Assembly (NCBI GenBank): GCA_022599575.1
Contig: JAHZMA010000061.1
Location: forward strand, 4,480 to 68,479
Direction: 5' to 3'
DNA: 64,000 bases
DNA from: Alphaproteobacteria bacterium
GTDB taxonomy: Bacteria > Pseudomonadota > Alphaproteobacteria > JABAAW01 > JAHZMA01
The translations under genes were made by a program, and so were the position numbers. The first letter of the stretch is position 1. Each line of letters begins with the position of its first letter. This document shows positions 28,149 through 37,317 of the stretch, one piece after another. The notes beneath the pieces are model-generated. The model saw only the letters and a list, made by a program, of their open reading frames with translations. It made no database searches and was not told the DNA's origin.

Positions 28149-28931
28149 ATGATTGAGTGGCACGATACCGCAATTTTACTGAACACAACCCGTCATGGCG
28201 AATATGGCTTGCGGTTAGAATTATTCTGTGAAAATCATGGCAAGCAGGCAGGCTTTATTAAATATCAAAAATCGCGCCCACAAATTGGCAATATTTATAA
28301 TTTGCGATGGCGCGCGCGTTTAATTGAGCAATTAGGGCAGTTACGGCTGATTCCGCAACAAGAAATTTTCGCCCATATCGCCTATGATTCAAACCGATTA
28401 TTATTGATGCAATCACTCACCCATATTTTAGCGCGCGGGCTTGCCGATGCCGATAGCCATCAAACGCTTTATCATAAAAGCGTCGCATTACTGCATCGCC
28501 TCATCAGTGATAACGACCCTATCTTGCTATTGGCACATTATATTATATGGGAAAAGGATTTTTTGTTTCATAGCGGTGCTGGTTTGGATTTTTCAATCTG
28601 TGCATTAACGGGCGCACGCAAAAATTTACGTTATGTATCGCCACATACGGGCAAGGCGATTACTGCTGATGCTGCCAATGGGCATTCATGGCGAGAAAAA
28701 TTATTGCTGATGCCACCATTTTTGCAAGATGATTTAATTCTAAATACCCCGCCATCTCCACAGGATTTAGAAGAAGGTTTTGCATTAACGGGCTATTTTT
28801 TAAACAAATATTGTCTCTCATTAGGGATTCGTAAATTGCCCGAAATCAGACAAAAAATTCTATCCTCCCTGCCTCATATTATTATGCCTCATATTATTAT
28901 GCCGCACAAAGAATATCACCACCTGTCATGA
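28149..28931 (+). CDS. recO: DNA repair protein RecO
   Basis: MIEWHDTAILL start typical of RecO, then an OB-fold and helical domain of the expected size. Perfect 15-nt duplication (PHIIM x2) near the C-terminus. Confidence 0.75.
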   Translation: MIEWHDTAILLNTTRHGEYGLRLELFCENHGKQAGFIKYQKSRPQIGNIYNLRWRARLIEQLGQLRLIPQQEIFAHIAYDSNRLLLMQSLTHILARGLADADSHQTLYHKSVALLHRLISDNDPILLLAHYIIWEKDFLFHSGAGLDFSICALTGARKNLRYVSPHTGKAITADAANGHSWREKLLLMPPFLQDDLILNTPPSPQDLEEGFALTGYFLNKYCLSLGIRKLPEIRQKILSSLPHIIMPHIIMPHKEYHHLS

Positions 28932-29788
28932 TGGGTATCGAGACATTATTGCCACTGATTCCAATCTATTTGTTAGGCGGATTATGTGCTGGCTTTTTAA
29001 GCGGCTTATTAGGCATTGGCGGAGGCATTATCTATGTGCCGGTTATTCTTTATATTCTATTTTTAGGTGGTTATGATGGTGAATTAACGATGCATATTGC
29101 CGTTGGCACATCATTAGCAACCGTTATGGTAAATGCCCTAACCGCCACCTACGCCCATTCCAAACGGGGCGCTGGTATTGATATTAGCATCGTTAAAAAA
29201 TGGGTGATATTTTTGATGATGGGTAGTATCTCTGGCGGTATTATCATTCGCTACCTATCGGGCGATATGATGAAAATCATTTTTGCAGTGATGCTATTTT
29301 ATCTGGGTTTGCGCCTTATCTTTAAGAAACAACAAAAGCCGCGCTTTGTGTTGCCCGTGCATAATATCTATTTCCGCACGATATTTGGCTGGTGCATCGG
29401 GATGATTGCTTCATTAATCGGTATTGGTGGCAGCGTTTTTATGACCCCCACCTTGATGGCAGGCAAGTTGCCGATTCATAAGGCGATTGCGGTTGCGCCA
29501 CTTATTAATATTGCAGTGTCATCAGCAGCTTCTGTTGCTTTTATTGTGCAAGGCATTAATGTTGCGGGGCGGCCACCATTTTCATTGGGTTATATTCATC
29601 TTACGACTTTGTTATTTTTTATTCCAGCGATTCTGATCAGCGTGCCACAAGGGGCGAATCTTGCCCACCGCTTAAATCCGCAACCACTCAAAAGAATATT
29701 TGGTGGCTTCCTAACGCTTGTGAGTGTTAAGGTTGGGTTATCGGCATTTGATATTGGGGTATCGGATTTTATCCAATTATTTTTTTGA
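28928..29788 (+). CDS. TauE/SafE (TSUP) family anion exporter
   Basis: Eight hydrophobic helices and two GIGGG.I repeat motifs. ATGA overlap with the recO stop. Confidence 0.7.
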   Translation: MMGIETLLPLIPIYLLGGLCAGFLSGLLGIGGGIIYVPVILYILFLGGYDGELTMHIAVGTSLATVMVNALTATYAHSKRGAGIDISIVKKWVIFLMMGSISGGIIIRYLSGDMMKIIFAVMLFYLGLRLIFKKQQKPRFVLPVHNIYFRTIFGWCIGMIASLIGIGGSVFMTPTLMAGKLPIHKAIAVAPLINIAVSSAASVAFIVQGINVAGRPPFSLGYIHLTTLLFFIPAILISVPQGANLAHRLNPQPLKRIFGGFLTLVSVKVGLSAFDIGVSDFIQLFF

Positions 29789-30457
29789 AATTTTTGTTGG
29801 TTCGGATGTTCCTAATTCATCATTCTCACCACTCAAAATACCCGCAGAAATCACCAGCTTAACCGCTTCTTCCACGCTCATATCTAGCACACGCACATGC
29901 TTTTTTGGTATAAATAATAAAAAACCAGAAGTCGGGTTAGGCGTAGTGGGCAGAAAAATACTCACCATCGTATCATCACCCGTGCCATCAGCAATTTTTT
30001 TGAAACATTTTTCATTGGTGATAAAGCCAACTGCCCAACAATCTTTGCGTGGATATTCTATCACCACTGGCTTTTTGAAAGCAGTGCTTTGCCCTTGCAA
30101 AAAAGTTTGTAAAATTTGCTTGATGGTTTTGTAAAGAATTCGTAACGGGGTGCGATTAATCAGATTTTCTATCCAGCTCACAATTTTATGGCCTAAAAAT
30201 CCACCCATTAAGCCACCTATCAGAATCAGCGTTACCAATAAAATCACCACCCCGCTGCCCGGCACTTTATCAATAAATGCCGATAGGCTAACCCCCTCAA
30301 TGCTAGAAGATGGCAATAATGGAATGATTGTATTATCAATGGCATCAATCAGCCATTTCGCCAATGCAAACGTCGTCACCAAAGGCGCGGTTAGCAAAAT
30401 TCCGGCAATCAACCAATTCCTTAATCTTGCACCTACTGATTTATGATGTGCTGTCAT
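29777..30457 (-). CDS. DUF502-domain membrane protein
   Basis: Two N-terminal TM helices, then FLPTTPNPTSGFLLFIPK...LDMSVEEA, the DUF502 signature. Confidence 0.7.
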   Translation of the reverse strand: MTAHHKSVGARLRNWLIAGILLTAPLVTTFALAKWLIDAIDNTIIPLLPSSSIEGVSLSAFIDKVPGSGVVILLVTLILIGGLMGGFLGHKIVSWIENLINRTPLRILYKTIKQILQTFLQGQSTAFKKPVVIEYPRKDCWAVGFITNEKCFKKIADGTGDDTMVSIFLPTTPNPTSGFLLFIPKKHVRVLDMSVEEAVKLVISAGILSGENDELGTSEPTKISKK

Positions 30458-30493
30458 CTTATATTTCCTCTAACTATTACCATGCTTTTATTT

Positions 30494-31438
30494 TTATTTG
30501 GTTAAATCCAAAAAGACTTGCTCTAAATCCGCCTCGCGCGTGCTGATTTCGGTAATCACCGCTTTTTCATTTTGCAATAAAGTGATAATCTCACCCGCAG
30601 TGGCAGTTTTTTGTCCGTAAGTTATCACCAATGTTTGCTGATGATTCAACTGTTCTACCTTGAATTTTTGCAAGGCTTCAGGAATTTTTTTAAGTGGTTC
30701 GGCAAAGGTAACTTCCAATGATTTGGCATCTACCATTTTGAGAATCGATTTTTTACTCTCGTTAGCAATCACTTTGCCATGATTGATAATCGCAATACGG
30801 TCGCACATTTCTTCGGCTTCTTCCAAATAATGAGTGGTCAGCAAAATGGTGGTTTTAAATTTTTGATTAATCTCATAAACATAATCCCATAATTGCTTGC
30901 GTAATGTAATATCTACGCCAGCTGTTGGCTCATCAAGCACCAAAATAGCAGGCTCATGCACCATTGCTTTGGCAACCAATAGCCTTCTTTGCATACCGCC
31001 CGATAATTTACGCGATGACACATCTGCCTTATCAAGCAAACCGACGGCTTTGAGAATATCACTGGTAATGCGCTGTTTTTTTGGCACACCATAAAGCCCT
31101 GATATCATTTCAAGCGATTGACGTGGGGTGAAAAACGGGTCCATATTTAATTCTTGTGGCACAACGCCAATTGATCCGCGTGCATTGCGCGAATCCTTGT
31201 CCAAATCATAACCTGCAATACTCACCTTGCCAGAACTTTTGATGGTTAGCCCACCTAATATATTAATTAATGTGGATTTACCCGCACCATTAGGCCCTAA
31301 CAAACCAAAAATACTGCCATAGGGAATATTAAGATTGATATCCTTTAAAGCATGCACAGCTTTCTTATTGCCTGATTGATAAGTTTTATTGAGCCCTGAA
31401 ATGGTGATAATATTTTCTTCGGTAAATTCGTTTGACAC
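30494..31438 (-). CDS. ABC-2-type transporter ATP-binding protein with C-terminal DUF4162-like domain
   Basis: Walker A GPNGAGKS, LSGGMQRR, Walker B LVLDEPT. No permease gene is adjacent. Confidence 0.8.
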   Translation of the reverse strand: MSNEFTEENIITISGLNKTYQSGNKKAVHALKDINLNIPYGSIFGLLGPNGAGKSTLINILGGLTIKSSGKVSIAGYDLDKDSRNARGSIGVVPQELNMDPFFTPRQSLEMISGLYGVPKKQRITSDILKAVGLLDKADVSSRKLSGGMQRRLLVAKAMVHEPAILVLDEPTAGVDITLRKQLWDYVYEINQKFKTTILLTTHYLEEAEEMCDRIAIINHGKVIANESKKSILKMVDAKSLEVTFAEPLKKIPEALQKFKVEQLNHQQTLVITYGQKTATAGEIITLLQNEKAVITEISTREADLEQVFLDLTK

Positions 31439-31453
31439 TTAAACCACACCTTT

Positions 31454-31482
31454 TTGATAAAAACACTGATTAATGTTACAAT
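31454..31482 (+). promoter_or_regulatory. Putative sigma70 promoter (TTGATA-17-TACAAT)
   Basis: Hexamers and spacing read directly. It lies about 100 nt upstream of the zf-CHCC gene. Confidence 0.4.
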
Positions 31483-31584
31483 ATCTTATAGCCTATTTGA
31501 ATGATTTACGCTATATCTATCGTGGGTTTATCGCAAAAATAATCTAAAGGTTTTGATGCAAAAATTTAACATAAAGGTTTAATA

Positions 31585-31755
31585 ATGGCAGATATTGAAA
31601 AAAATGAAATTATTATCAGTGATAGCAAACAAGTAATGTGCGAGGGGAACCGTCAAGCAAGTGGGCATCCGCGCGTTTATCTAAAAATGGACGATAGCGG
31701 TAAGGTAACCTGCCCCTATTGTTCGCGCATTTTTCAATTAAAATCTCAAGATTGA
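31585..31755 (+). CDS. zf-CHCC zinc-finger protein (NDUFS6-like C-terminal domain), 56 aa
   Basis: Absent from the ORF track because it is under 60 aa. Hand translation: MADIEKNEIIISDSKQVMCEGNRQASGHPRVYLKMDDSGKVTCPYCSRIFQLKSQD. It has the C..G....GHPRVYL.....G...CPYC signature. AAGG RBS 7 nt upstream. Confidence 0.75.
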   Translation: MADIEKNEIIISDSKQVMCEGNRQASGHPRVYLKMDDSGKVTCPYCSRIFQLKSQD

Positions 31756-31768
31756 TGCTTCGGGATTG

Positions 31769-32458
31769 ATGCTAATGCGCTATCTTTATCTTAGCCCTCA
31801 CACAAATAATCAGCAGAATCATCATGGTGATGTGATGCTGTTTTTGCATGGCTATGGCAGTAATTGTTACGATTTTTTAGATATTGCCCGCAATTTACGC
31901 CCTTTATTCCCTAACACTGCTTTTATGTTGCTTGATGCACCAGAAGCGATTGAAGGCAATCAATCGCCTAGTGATGATTCGTTTCAATGGTTTTCACTGG
32001 CTGATTATGATGCGACAAGCCCCGATATTGTCAAAAAAATTGCGATTGTGCAAAATGGCGTCACAAAAGCAGTACCACCATTACAAAATTTTATTGATAT
32101 AACCGTCACCCAAAAATATGGCTATCAGCCAAGTGATATTATTTTATTTGGCTTTTCGCAAGGGGCGATGATGGTGTTGGATGCTGGTTTACGTAAAAAC
32201 TATAAAGGCGTTATTGCTTGTGCGGGTATGCTTGCCTTTGCTGATGATTTTGCCAATCATTACACAACAGACACTCCTGTTTTATTGTGTCATGGCAAAT
32301 TGGATGATGTTGTGCCAGTGCAAGCATCTGAATATGCTTATATGGTTTTGCAGCAACAAAAGGTAAATATTACGCTGTGCCTATCCGACCATGCTGCTCA
32401 TCATTTGGATAATGACATATTGCAAGCCATTATCGGCTTTATGCGTAACGAAATATAA
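31769..32458 (+). CDS. Alpha/beta hydrolase (phospholipase/carboxylesterase family)
   Basis: Nucleophile elbow GFSQGA and the downstream D and H of the triad (HGKLDDVV, HHL). First ATG at 31769. Confidence 0.7.
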   Translation: MLMRYLYLSPHTNNQQNHHGDVMLFLHGYGSNCYDFLDIARNLRPLFPNTAFMLLDAPEAIEGNQSPSDDSFQWFSLADYDATSPDIVKKIAIVQNGVTKAVPPLQNFIDITVTQKYGYQPSDIILFGFSQGAMMVLDAGLRKNYKGVIACAGMLAFADDFANHYTTDTPVLLCHGKLDDVVPVQASEYAYMVLQQQKVNITLCLSDHAAHHLDNDILQAIIGFMRNEI

Positions 32459-32469
32459 AGGGATAAATC

Positions 32470-33198
32470 ATGGCAATTTTTCAACGCAGTGAACGCGGCA
32501 ATCAAGATATGCGTCCAATCACATTGATTCGCGATATTTCAAATCATGCCGAAGGCAGTTGCGAGATTCATTGTGGCAACACCGTTATTCGTTGCACTGC
32601 CAGTGCCGAAAACCGCTTACCGCCTTTTTTACGTGGCAAGAATCAAGGTTGGCTCACCGCAGAATATGCAATGTTGCCCCGTGCCACCCATCAGCGCACC
32701 GACCGCAAATCGATGCTAGAAAGCGGGCGCACCAAAGAAATTCAGCGTCTTATCGGGCGTGCCTTGCGTAGTGCCTGTGATGTTAATGCTTTTCCCGAAT
32801 GGCAAATCCGTATTGATTGCGATGTGATAGAAGCCGATGGCGGCACACGCACCGCTGCCATCAATGGTGCTTTTGTGGCAATGGCACTATGTTTTGAAAA
32901 AATGATGGAACGAAAACAGATTAAAAAATGGCCGTTGCGCTATTATATTGCGGCAATTTCATGTGGCATTATCGATGATGAGGTGCGATTGGATTTAGAA
33001 TATGAAGAAGATGTTATCGCCCAAACTGACGCCAATTTTGTGCTTAATGATGAGCAAAAATTAATTGAAATCCAAAGCACAGCTGAGCAAGACCCTTTTG
33101 ATGTGACGCAATTACAGACCATGCTAACACTCTCGCAACAAGCCTCTGATACAATCATTACGCTACAAAAACAATGTTTGGATATAAATAAATTTTAA
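32470..33198 (+). CDS. rph: Ribonuclease PH
   Basis: RPITLIRD..NHAEGS, GWLTAEY.MLPRAT and DCDVIEADGGTRTA motifs. Confidence 0.9.
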   Translation: MAIFQRSERGNQDMRPITLIRDISNHAEGSCEIHCGNTVIRCTASAENRLPPFLRGKNQGWLTAEYAMLPRATHQRTDRKSMLESGRTKEIQRLIGRALRSACDVNAFPEWQIRIDCDVIEADGGTRTAAINGAFVAMALCFEKMMERKQIKKWPLRYYIAAISCGIIDDEVRLDLEYEEDVIAQTDANFVLNDEQKLIEIQSTAEQDPFDVTQLQTMLTLSQQASDTIITLQKQCLDINKF

Positions 33199-33266
33199 CT
33201 AATCACTGCAATAATTCAGAAAAAGTTTGTATATTAAATCATTTATGTTGTATAATACCCTACAAA

Positions 33267-33281
33267 TGGCTTGGTTTTTGC
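33267..33281 (+). promoter_or_regulatory. Candidate sigma54 (-24/-12) promoter TGGCtt-N5-TTGC upstream of the MCP gene
   Basis: GG and GC have the canonical spacing. It lies 103 nt upstream of the ATG. An extended -10 TGTATAAT at 33249-33256 is an alternative sigma70 promoter. Confidence 0.3.
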
Positions 33282-33383
33282 TCTTTGTATTTTGCATTAA
33301 ACTTGTTATTCATAAACATGATATTAAATTTGTTGTTATTGATTTGATATATAAAGATTTTATTAGGGATGTAATTACCGACA

Positions 33384-35570
33384 ATGCTTAAAGACGACAT
33401 AAAAAACATGTCTATTGCGAACAAATTTCAAATTGTTGCGCTAGGTTTTGTGATAATTTCAACTGCCATTCTGTGGTTTATCGTAGATTATGGTGCTGGG
33501 CGCAATGCCCGCGAAGCTGCCCGCGAAACATTAGGCGTTATTGCTGACGAACGTTTGCTTTTATTCCATAATTATCTGCATCAAACAGAAAAGCATCTTA
33601 AAAATATGACGCGTGACAATCCCAGTATTGTCACCCTTGCTGCTTTGAAACAAAACAGCCCGCTTACCGAAATAGAAATTCTCAGCTACACTGAAAACAA
33701 CATTTTACCACGTGACCAGCGTGAAAAACTCAACATTTCAAACAATATTTTCTCTACCTATAACATTACACATGGCTCGCAACATCCTTTTATCACAAGG
33801 CTTTTTAGATTGGGTGATTATGATGATTTAATCGTGATTAATCTGCAGGGCGATATTATTTATACCGTTAAAAAATACGAAGATTTCGGTAAAAATGTGT
33901 TAACAGATGAGCAATTGAAATCCACTGGGCTTGCCCAAATTTTCAAGCAATCCCTTGAAACATTAGATAGTAGCGTTCCTTTATTACATGATTTCGAAGC
34001 CTATCCTTACAGCCAAACTGGCGAAGCTGCCTTTATGGCATTATCTATTTTTAATAACATCGCAGATGCACAAAGCCGTACACCCATTGCTATTGGCATT
34101 ATTAAAATTGATTCTTCATTGCTTGGGGAGATAGGCAATAAAGTCCATTTAGATACCTCAAAAAAAATATTCCTTTATAATAGGAGTGAAAATAAAATAT
34201 ATGAAGCAACAGATGAGGATTTTATAACAGAAAATAGCGATAATAAGAATGGCAATGCGATATCAGCCAAAGCTTCAGCAGAAATGTTGAGAAACAAACA
34301 AGATGAAGCTGATGCTATTATGCAACAAACATCGTTTATTGATACTAAAACTTTATCTAATATTACCAACTTTTTTACATTTCTTGGTCAAGAATATCAA
34401 ATTATTACAGTAACCGATGAAGAAACCGTGCTTGCACCATTCCGTGCATTACAAGGCGTTATGATTATAACAGTGATGGTGATTCTATTTGTGATGTTCA
34501 TGCTAACCAGAGTAGCATCAGCAACCATTACAGGTCCTATTCGCTATGTTACCGAATCGATGAAAAAATTGGCAAGCGGTGATACTGATATTAAATTACA
34601 AAATGATATCACCAAAAATGAAATCGGTGAAATGGTAAAAGCAGTAAGCATTTTTCAAGAAAGCATGATTAATACAATCTCTTTGGAAAAAGAAAAAGAT
34701 GACAGATTACTGCAAGAAAATGAGCAAAGTGAGTTTATTAAAGAACTGATTAATGAATTTAGCGAAAAAATGTCAGGCTTGTTAGAAGAAGCCAATAATG
34801 CCGTAGAAAATATGGAAGAATCGAATCAAATCGTGCGGCAAGCCGTCACCGAAGCAAAAGATTTTTCAAGCGAGATTGCCAATGCCACTGGTAATGCCAA
34901 TAGCAATGTGCAAACGATGGCGTCAGCAACAACCCAGATGAGCTCATCTATTTCTGGCATTGCTGAAAATATGCAAAGATCGATTCAGGCGATTCAATCT
35001 GCTCATAAAACCACACAAGAAACGGATGTGATTGTTAAAAACATGTCTGATTTATCAAACCAAATTGGCGAAATCGTGTCACTGATTAATGATATTGCCA
35101 ATCAAACCAATCTGTTGGCGCTTAACGCCACCATCGAAGCAGCACGTGCAGGCGAAGCAGGTAAAGGCTTTGCTGTGGTTGCGAACGAGGTGAAAAACCT
35201 TGCCAGCCAAACCACCAATGCAACCGAAGAAATTTCTAGTCAAATTGGTAATATTCGTGATATTTCAAGTAAAGCAGTTGAAGCAATCATCAGCATTCAA
35301 GGTGAAATCAACCATGTCAGCGAAATGATGACAGCGGTCAGCGCATCAATGGAAGAACAAGCCGCAAGCGCGCAAGAAATCAATCAAGCGGGCGTACATG
35401 CGTCGGCTGAAACAACACTTGCCAATCAAAAAGTAGGGCAGGTAAATGAACGGGTGGTTGATAGTTTCAATCAATCCGAAATTATGTCGGCTTCGGTGAA
35501 TAATACGGCAAAAACCATTACTTCCTTGCGTGACGCCATTCAGGATTTCTTGGGCAATCTTAAAACTTAA
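33384..35570 (+). CDS. Methyl-accepting chemotaxis protein (large periplasmic sensor, HAMP, MA domain)
   Basis: Two TM helices flank a periplasmic region of about 320 aa. HAMP domain. Highly conserved hairpin [32 protein letters not shown]. Confidence 0.9.
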   Translation: MLKDDIKNMSIANKFQIVALGFVIISTAILWFIVDYGAGRNAREAARETLGVIADERLLLFHNYLHQTEKHLKNMTRDNPSIVTLAALKQNSPLTEIEILSYTENNILPRDQREKLNISNNIFSTYNITHGSQHPFITRLFRLGDYDDLIVINLQGDIIYTVKKYEDFGKNVLTDEQLKSTGLAQIFKQSLETLDSSVPLLHDFEAYPYSQTGEAAFMALSIFNNIADAQSRTPIAIGIIKIDSSLLGEIGNKVHLDTSKKIFLYNRSENKIYEATDEDFITENSDNKNGNAISAKASAEMLRNKQDEADAIMQQTSFIDTKTLSNITNFFTFLGQEYQIITVTDEETVLAPFRALQGVMIITVMVILFVMFMLTRVASATITGPIRYVTESMKKLASGDTDIKLQNDITKNEIGEMVKAVSIFQESMINTISLEKEKDDRLLQENEQSEFIKELINEFSEKMSGLLEEANNAVENMEESNQIVRQAVTEAKDFSSEIANATGNANSNVQTMASATTQMSSSISGIAENMQRSIQAIQSAHKTTQETDVIVKNMSDLSNQIGEIVSLINDIANQTNLLALNATIEAARAGEAGKGFAVVANEVKNLASQTTNATEEISSQIGNIRDISSKAVEAIISIQGEINHVSEMMTAVSASMEEQAASAQEINQAGVHASAETTLANQKVGQVNERVVDSFNQSEIMSASVNNTAKTITSLRDAIQDFLGNLKT

Positions 35571-35573
35571 AAA

Positions 35574-36176
35574 GTGCCTTTTATTACCCCTTATCGCAAA
35601 CTGATTATTGCCAGCCATAATGATGGCAAGGTAATAGAAATTGCCGCATTATTGCGCGATTTTAACGATGATATTATATCAGCCAAACAGCTCAATATTG
35701 TAGAGCCCGAAGAAACTGCCACTGATTTTGCTGGCAATGCCCGCCTAAAAGCCGAACATTGTATGCAAGCAGGTGGTTTTCCTGCATTGGCTGATGATTC
35801 GGGATTATCAATTGATGCGCTTGATGGTGCGCCCGGTATTTATTCGGCACGTTTCGCCCAACAACATGGCGGATTTACTGACGCATTTAGCCATCTTGCT
35901 AAAATATTAGCCGATAAAAAAAATCTAAACGCGCATTTTACCTGTGCGCTGGCGTTGGCTGTGCCCAATATGGAAACCAAAATTTTTGAAAGCCATGTGC
36001 ATGGTAGCCTATGTTTTCCACCGCGTGGCATTCATGGTTTTGGCTATGACCCAATTTTTATCGCCAATGGTTGTAAAACCACATTTGGCGAAATGTTGCC
36101 TGCCCAAAAACATGCTATCAGCCACCGTTTCAATGCTTTTCAAAAATTACAAACATTCTTACATGCAAAAATTTAG
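35574..36176 (+). CDS. rdgB: Non-canonical purine NTP pyrophosphatase (RdgB/HAM1)
   Basis: ASHN.GK..E, ADDSGL..DAL.G.PG.YSAR and GFGYDPIF motifs. GTG start. Confidence 0.85.
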   Translation: MPFITPYRKLIIASHNDGKVIEIAALLRDFNDDIISAKQLNIVEPEETATDFAGNARLKAEHCMQAGGFPALADDSGLSIDALDGAPGIYSARFAQQHGGFTDAFSHLAKILADKKNLNAHFTCALALAVPNMETKIFESHVHGSLCFPPRGIHGFGYDPIFIANGCKTTFGEMLPAQKHAISHRFNAFQKLQTFLHAKI

Positions 36177-37296
36177 CCTTTATATCCATTTTCCCTATTG
36201 TGAAAAAAAATGCCCCTATTGCGATTTTAATTCGCATGTTGCCACCCGCCCTTTTCAGCAACAACCATTTTTGCAAGCCTATCTTAACGAGCTTGATTGG
36301 TTCAAAAATAACACCGATTACCACGCAGTAAATAGCATTTTTTTCGGTGGTGGCACGCCATCTTTGATGCCACCCCGCCTTATTGATGATTTGCTACACG
36401 CTATCGGGCAATATTGGCAGGTTGATAAAAATTGCGAAATCACATTAGAAGCCAACCCCTCATCGGTTGAAGTGGCGCGTTTAAAAGATTTTCATGCAAG
36501 CGGTGTCAACCGCCTATCGCTAGGGGTGCAATCATTTAATGATTCTAAATTGCGATTTTTGGGGCGTGTGCATGATGCAAAAGCCGCGCATCAAGCGTTG
36601 CAACATGCCATAAAAATCTTTGATAATTTTTCATTCGACCTCATCTATGCCTGCAAAGACGAGCTTTTGAGCGATTGGCGCGATGAATTGCAACAAGCCC
36701 TTGCTTATCACCCGCCACATCTTTCCTGCTACCAGCTGACCATCGAGCCCAACACGCATTTTGCCAAAATGGCACAGCGCAAGCAATTAGAACTGCCCGA
36801 TAATGCTGATTTTATCAAACATAATATCGACCATTTGGCCGCCCATGATTTGCCTGCCTATGAAATTTCTAATCATGCCAAACAAGATTCTATCTGTAAA
36901 CATAATTTGAATTATTGGCGGGGTGGCGATTATGCTGGTATTGGACCTGGTGCCCATAGTAGAATCACATTAAATGGCGCACGCCACCATGCCGAAACCA
37001 TCAAAAATCCTGATAAATGGCTGGCAACATTAGCTAAAAACCCGCACGCTTTTGCTGAATTAACCGCCTTAAAACCCGATGATAATGCACTAGAAAAATT
37101 GCTGATGGGGTTGCGATTAATCGCTGGCATCACATTATCAAACACCGAATTTTCGTTGGTTGTTGACCCCGATGCCTTGCATGATTATGCCACTTATATC
37201 ACCCATCAGCAGGTCGATAATCAGCACCATCTTTGCCTAACAAATAAAGGTGTGTTTTTTCTAGATTCACTTCTGCCACTTATAACAAAACCATGA
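36163..37296 (+). CDS. hemW: Radical SAM haem chaperone HemW (HemN-like)
   Basis: LYIHFPYCEKKCPYCDFNS radical-SAM CxxxCxxC motif right after the ATG at 36163. The 73-codon upstream extension in the ORF track overlaps rdgB and I rejected it. Confidence 0.85.
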   Translation: MQKFSLYIHFPYCEKKCPYCDFNSHVATRPFQQQPFLQAYLNELDWFKNNTDYHAVNSIFFGGGTPSLMPPRLIDDLLHAIGQYWQVDKNCEITLEANPSSVEVARLKDFHASGVNRLSLGVQSFNDSKLRFLGRVHDAKAAHQALQHAIKIFDNFSFDLIYACKDELLSDWRDELQQALAYHPPHLSCYQLTIEPNTHFAKMAQRKQLELPDNADFIKHNIDHLAAHDLPAYEISNHAKQDSICKHNLNYWRGGDYAGIGPGAHSRITLNGARHHAETIKNPDKWLATLAKNPHAFAELTALKPDDNALEKLLMGLRLIAGITLSNTEFSLVVDPDALHDYATYITHQQVDNQHHLCLTNKGVFFLDSLLPLITKP

Positions 37297-37317
37297 TTTT
37301 GCAAAAGCGTGATGCAG

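Noticed and set aside
28157-28171. TGGCAC-containing sigma54-like strings elsewhere (recO start 28157-28171, antisense in nrdJ about 18603, glcD about 27585)
   Set aside because: The GG-to-GC spacing is off by one nucleotide in each case, and all lie inside coding sequence.
35944-36162. A 73-codon N-terminal extension of hemW in the ORF track
   Set aside because: The extension lies wholly inside rdgB in another frame. The radical-SAM CxxxCxxC motif begins a few residues after the ATG at 36163, as is typical for HemW.
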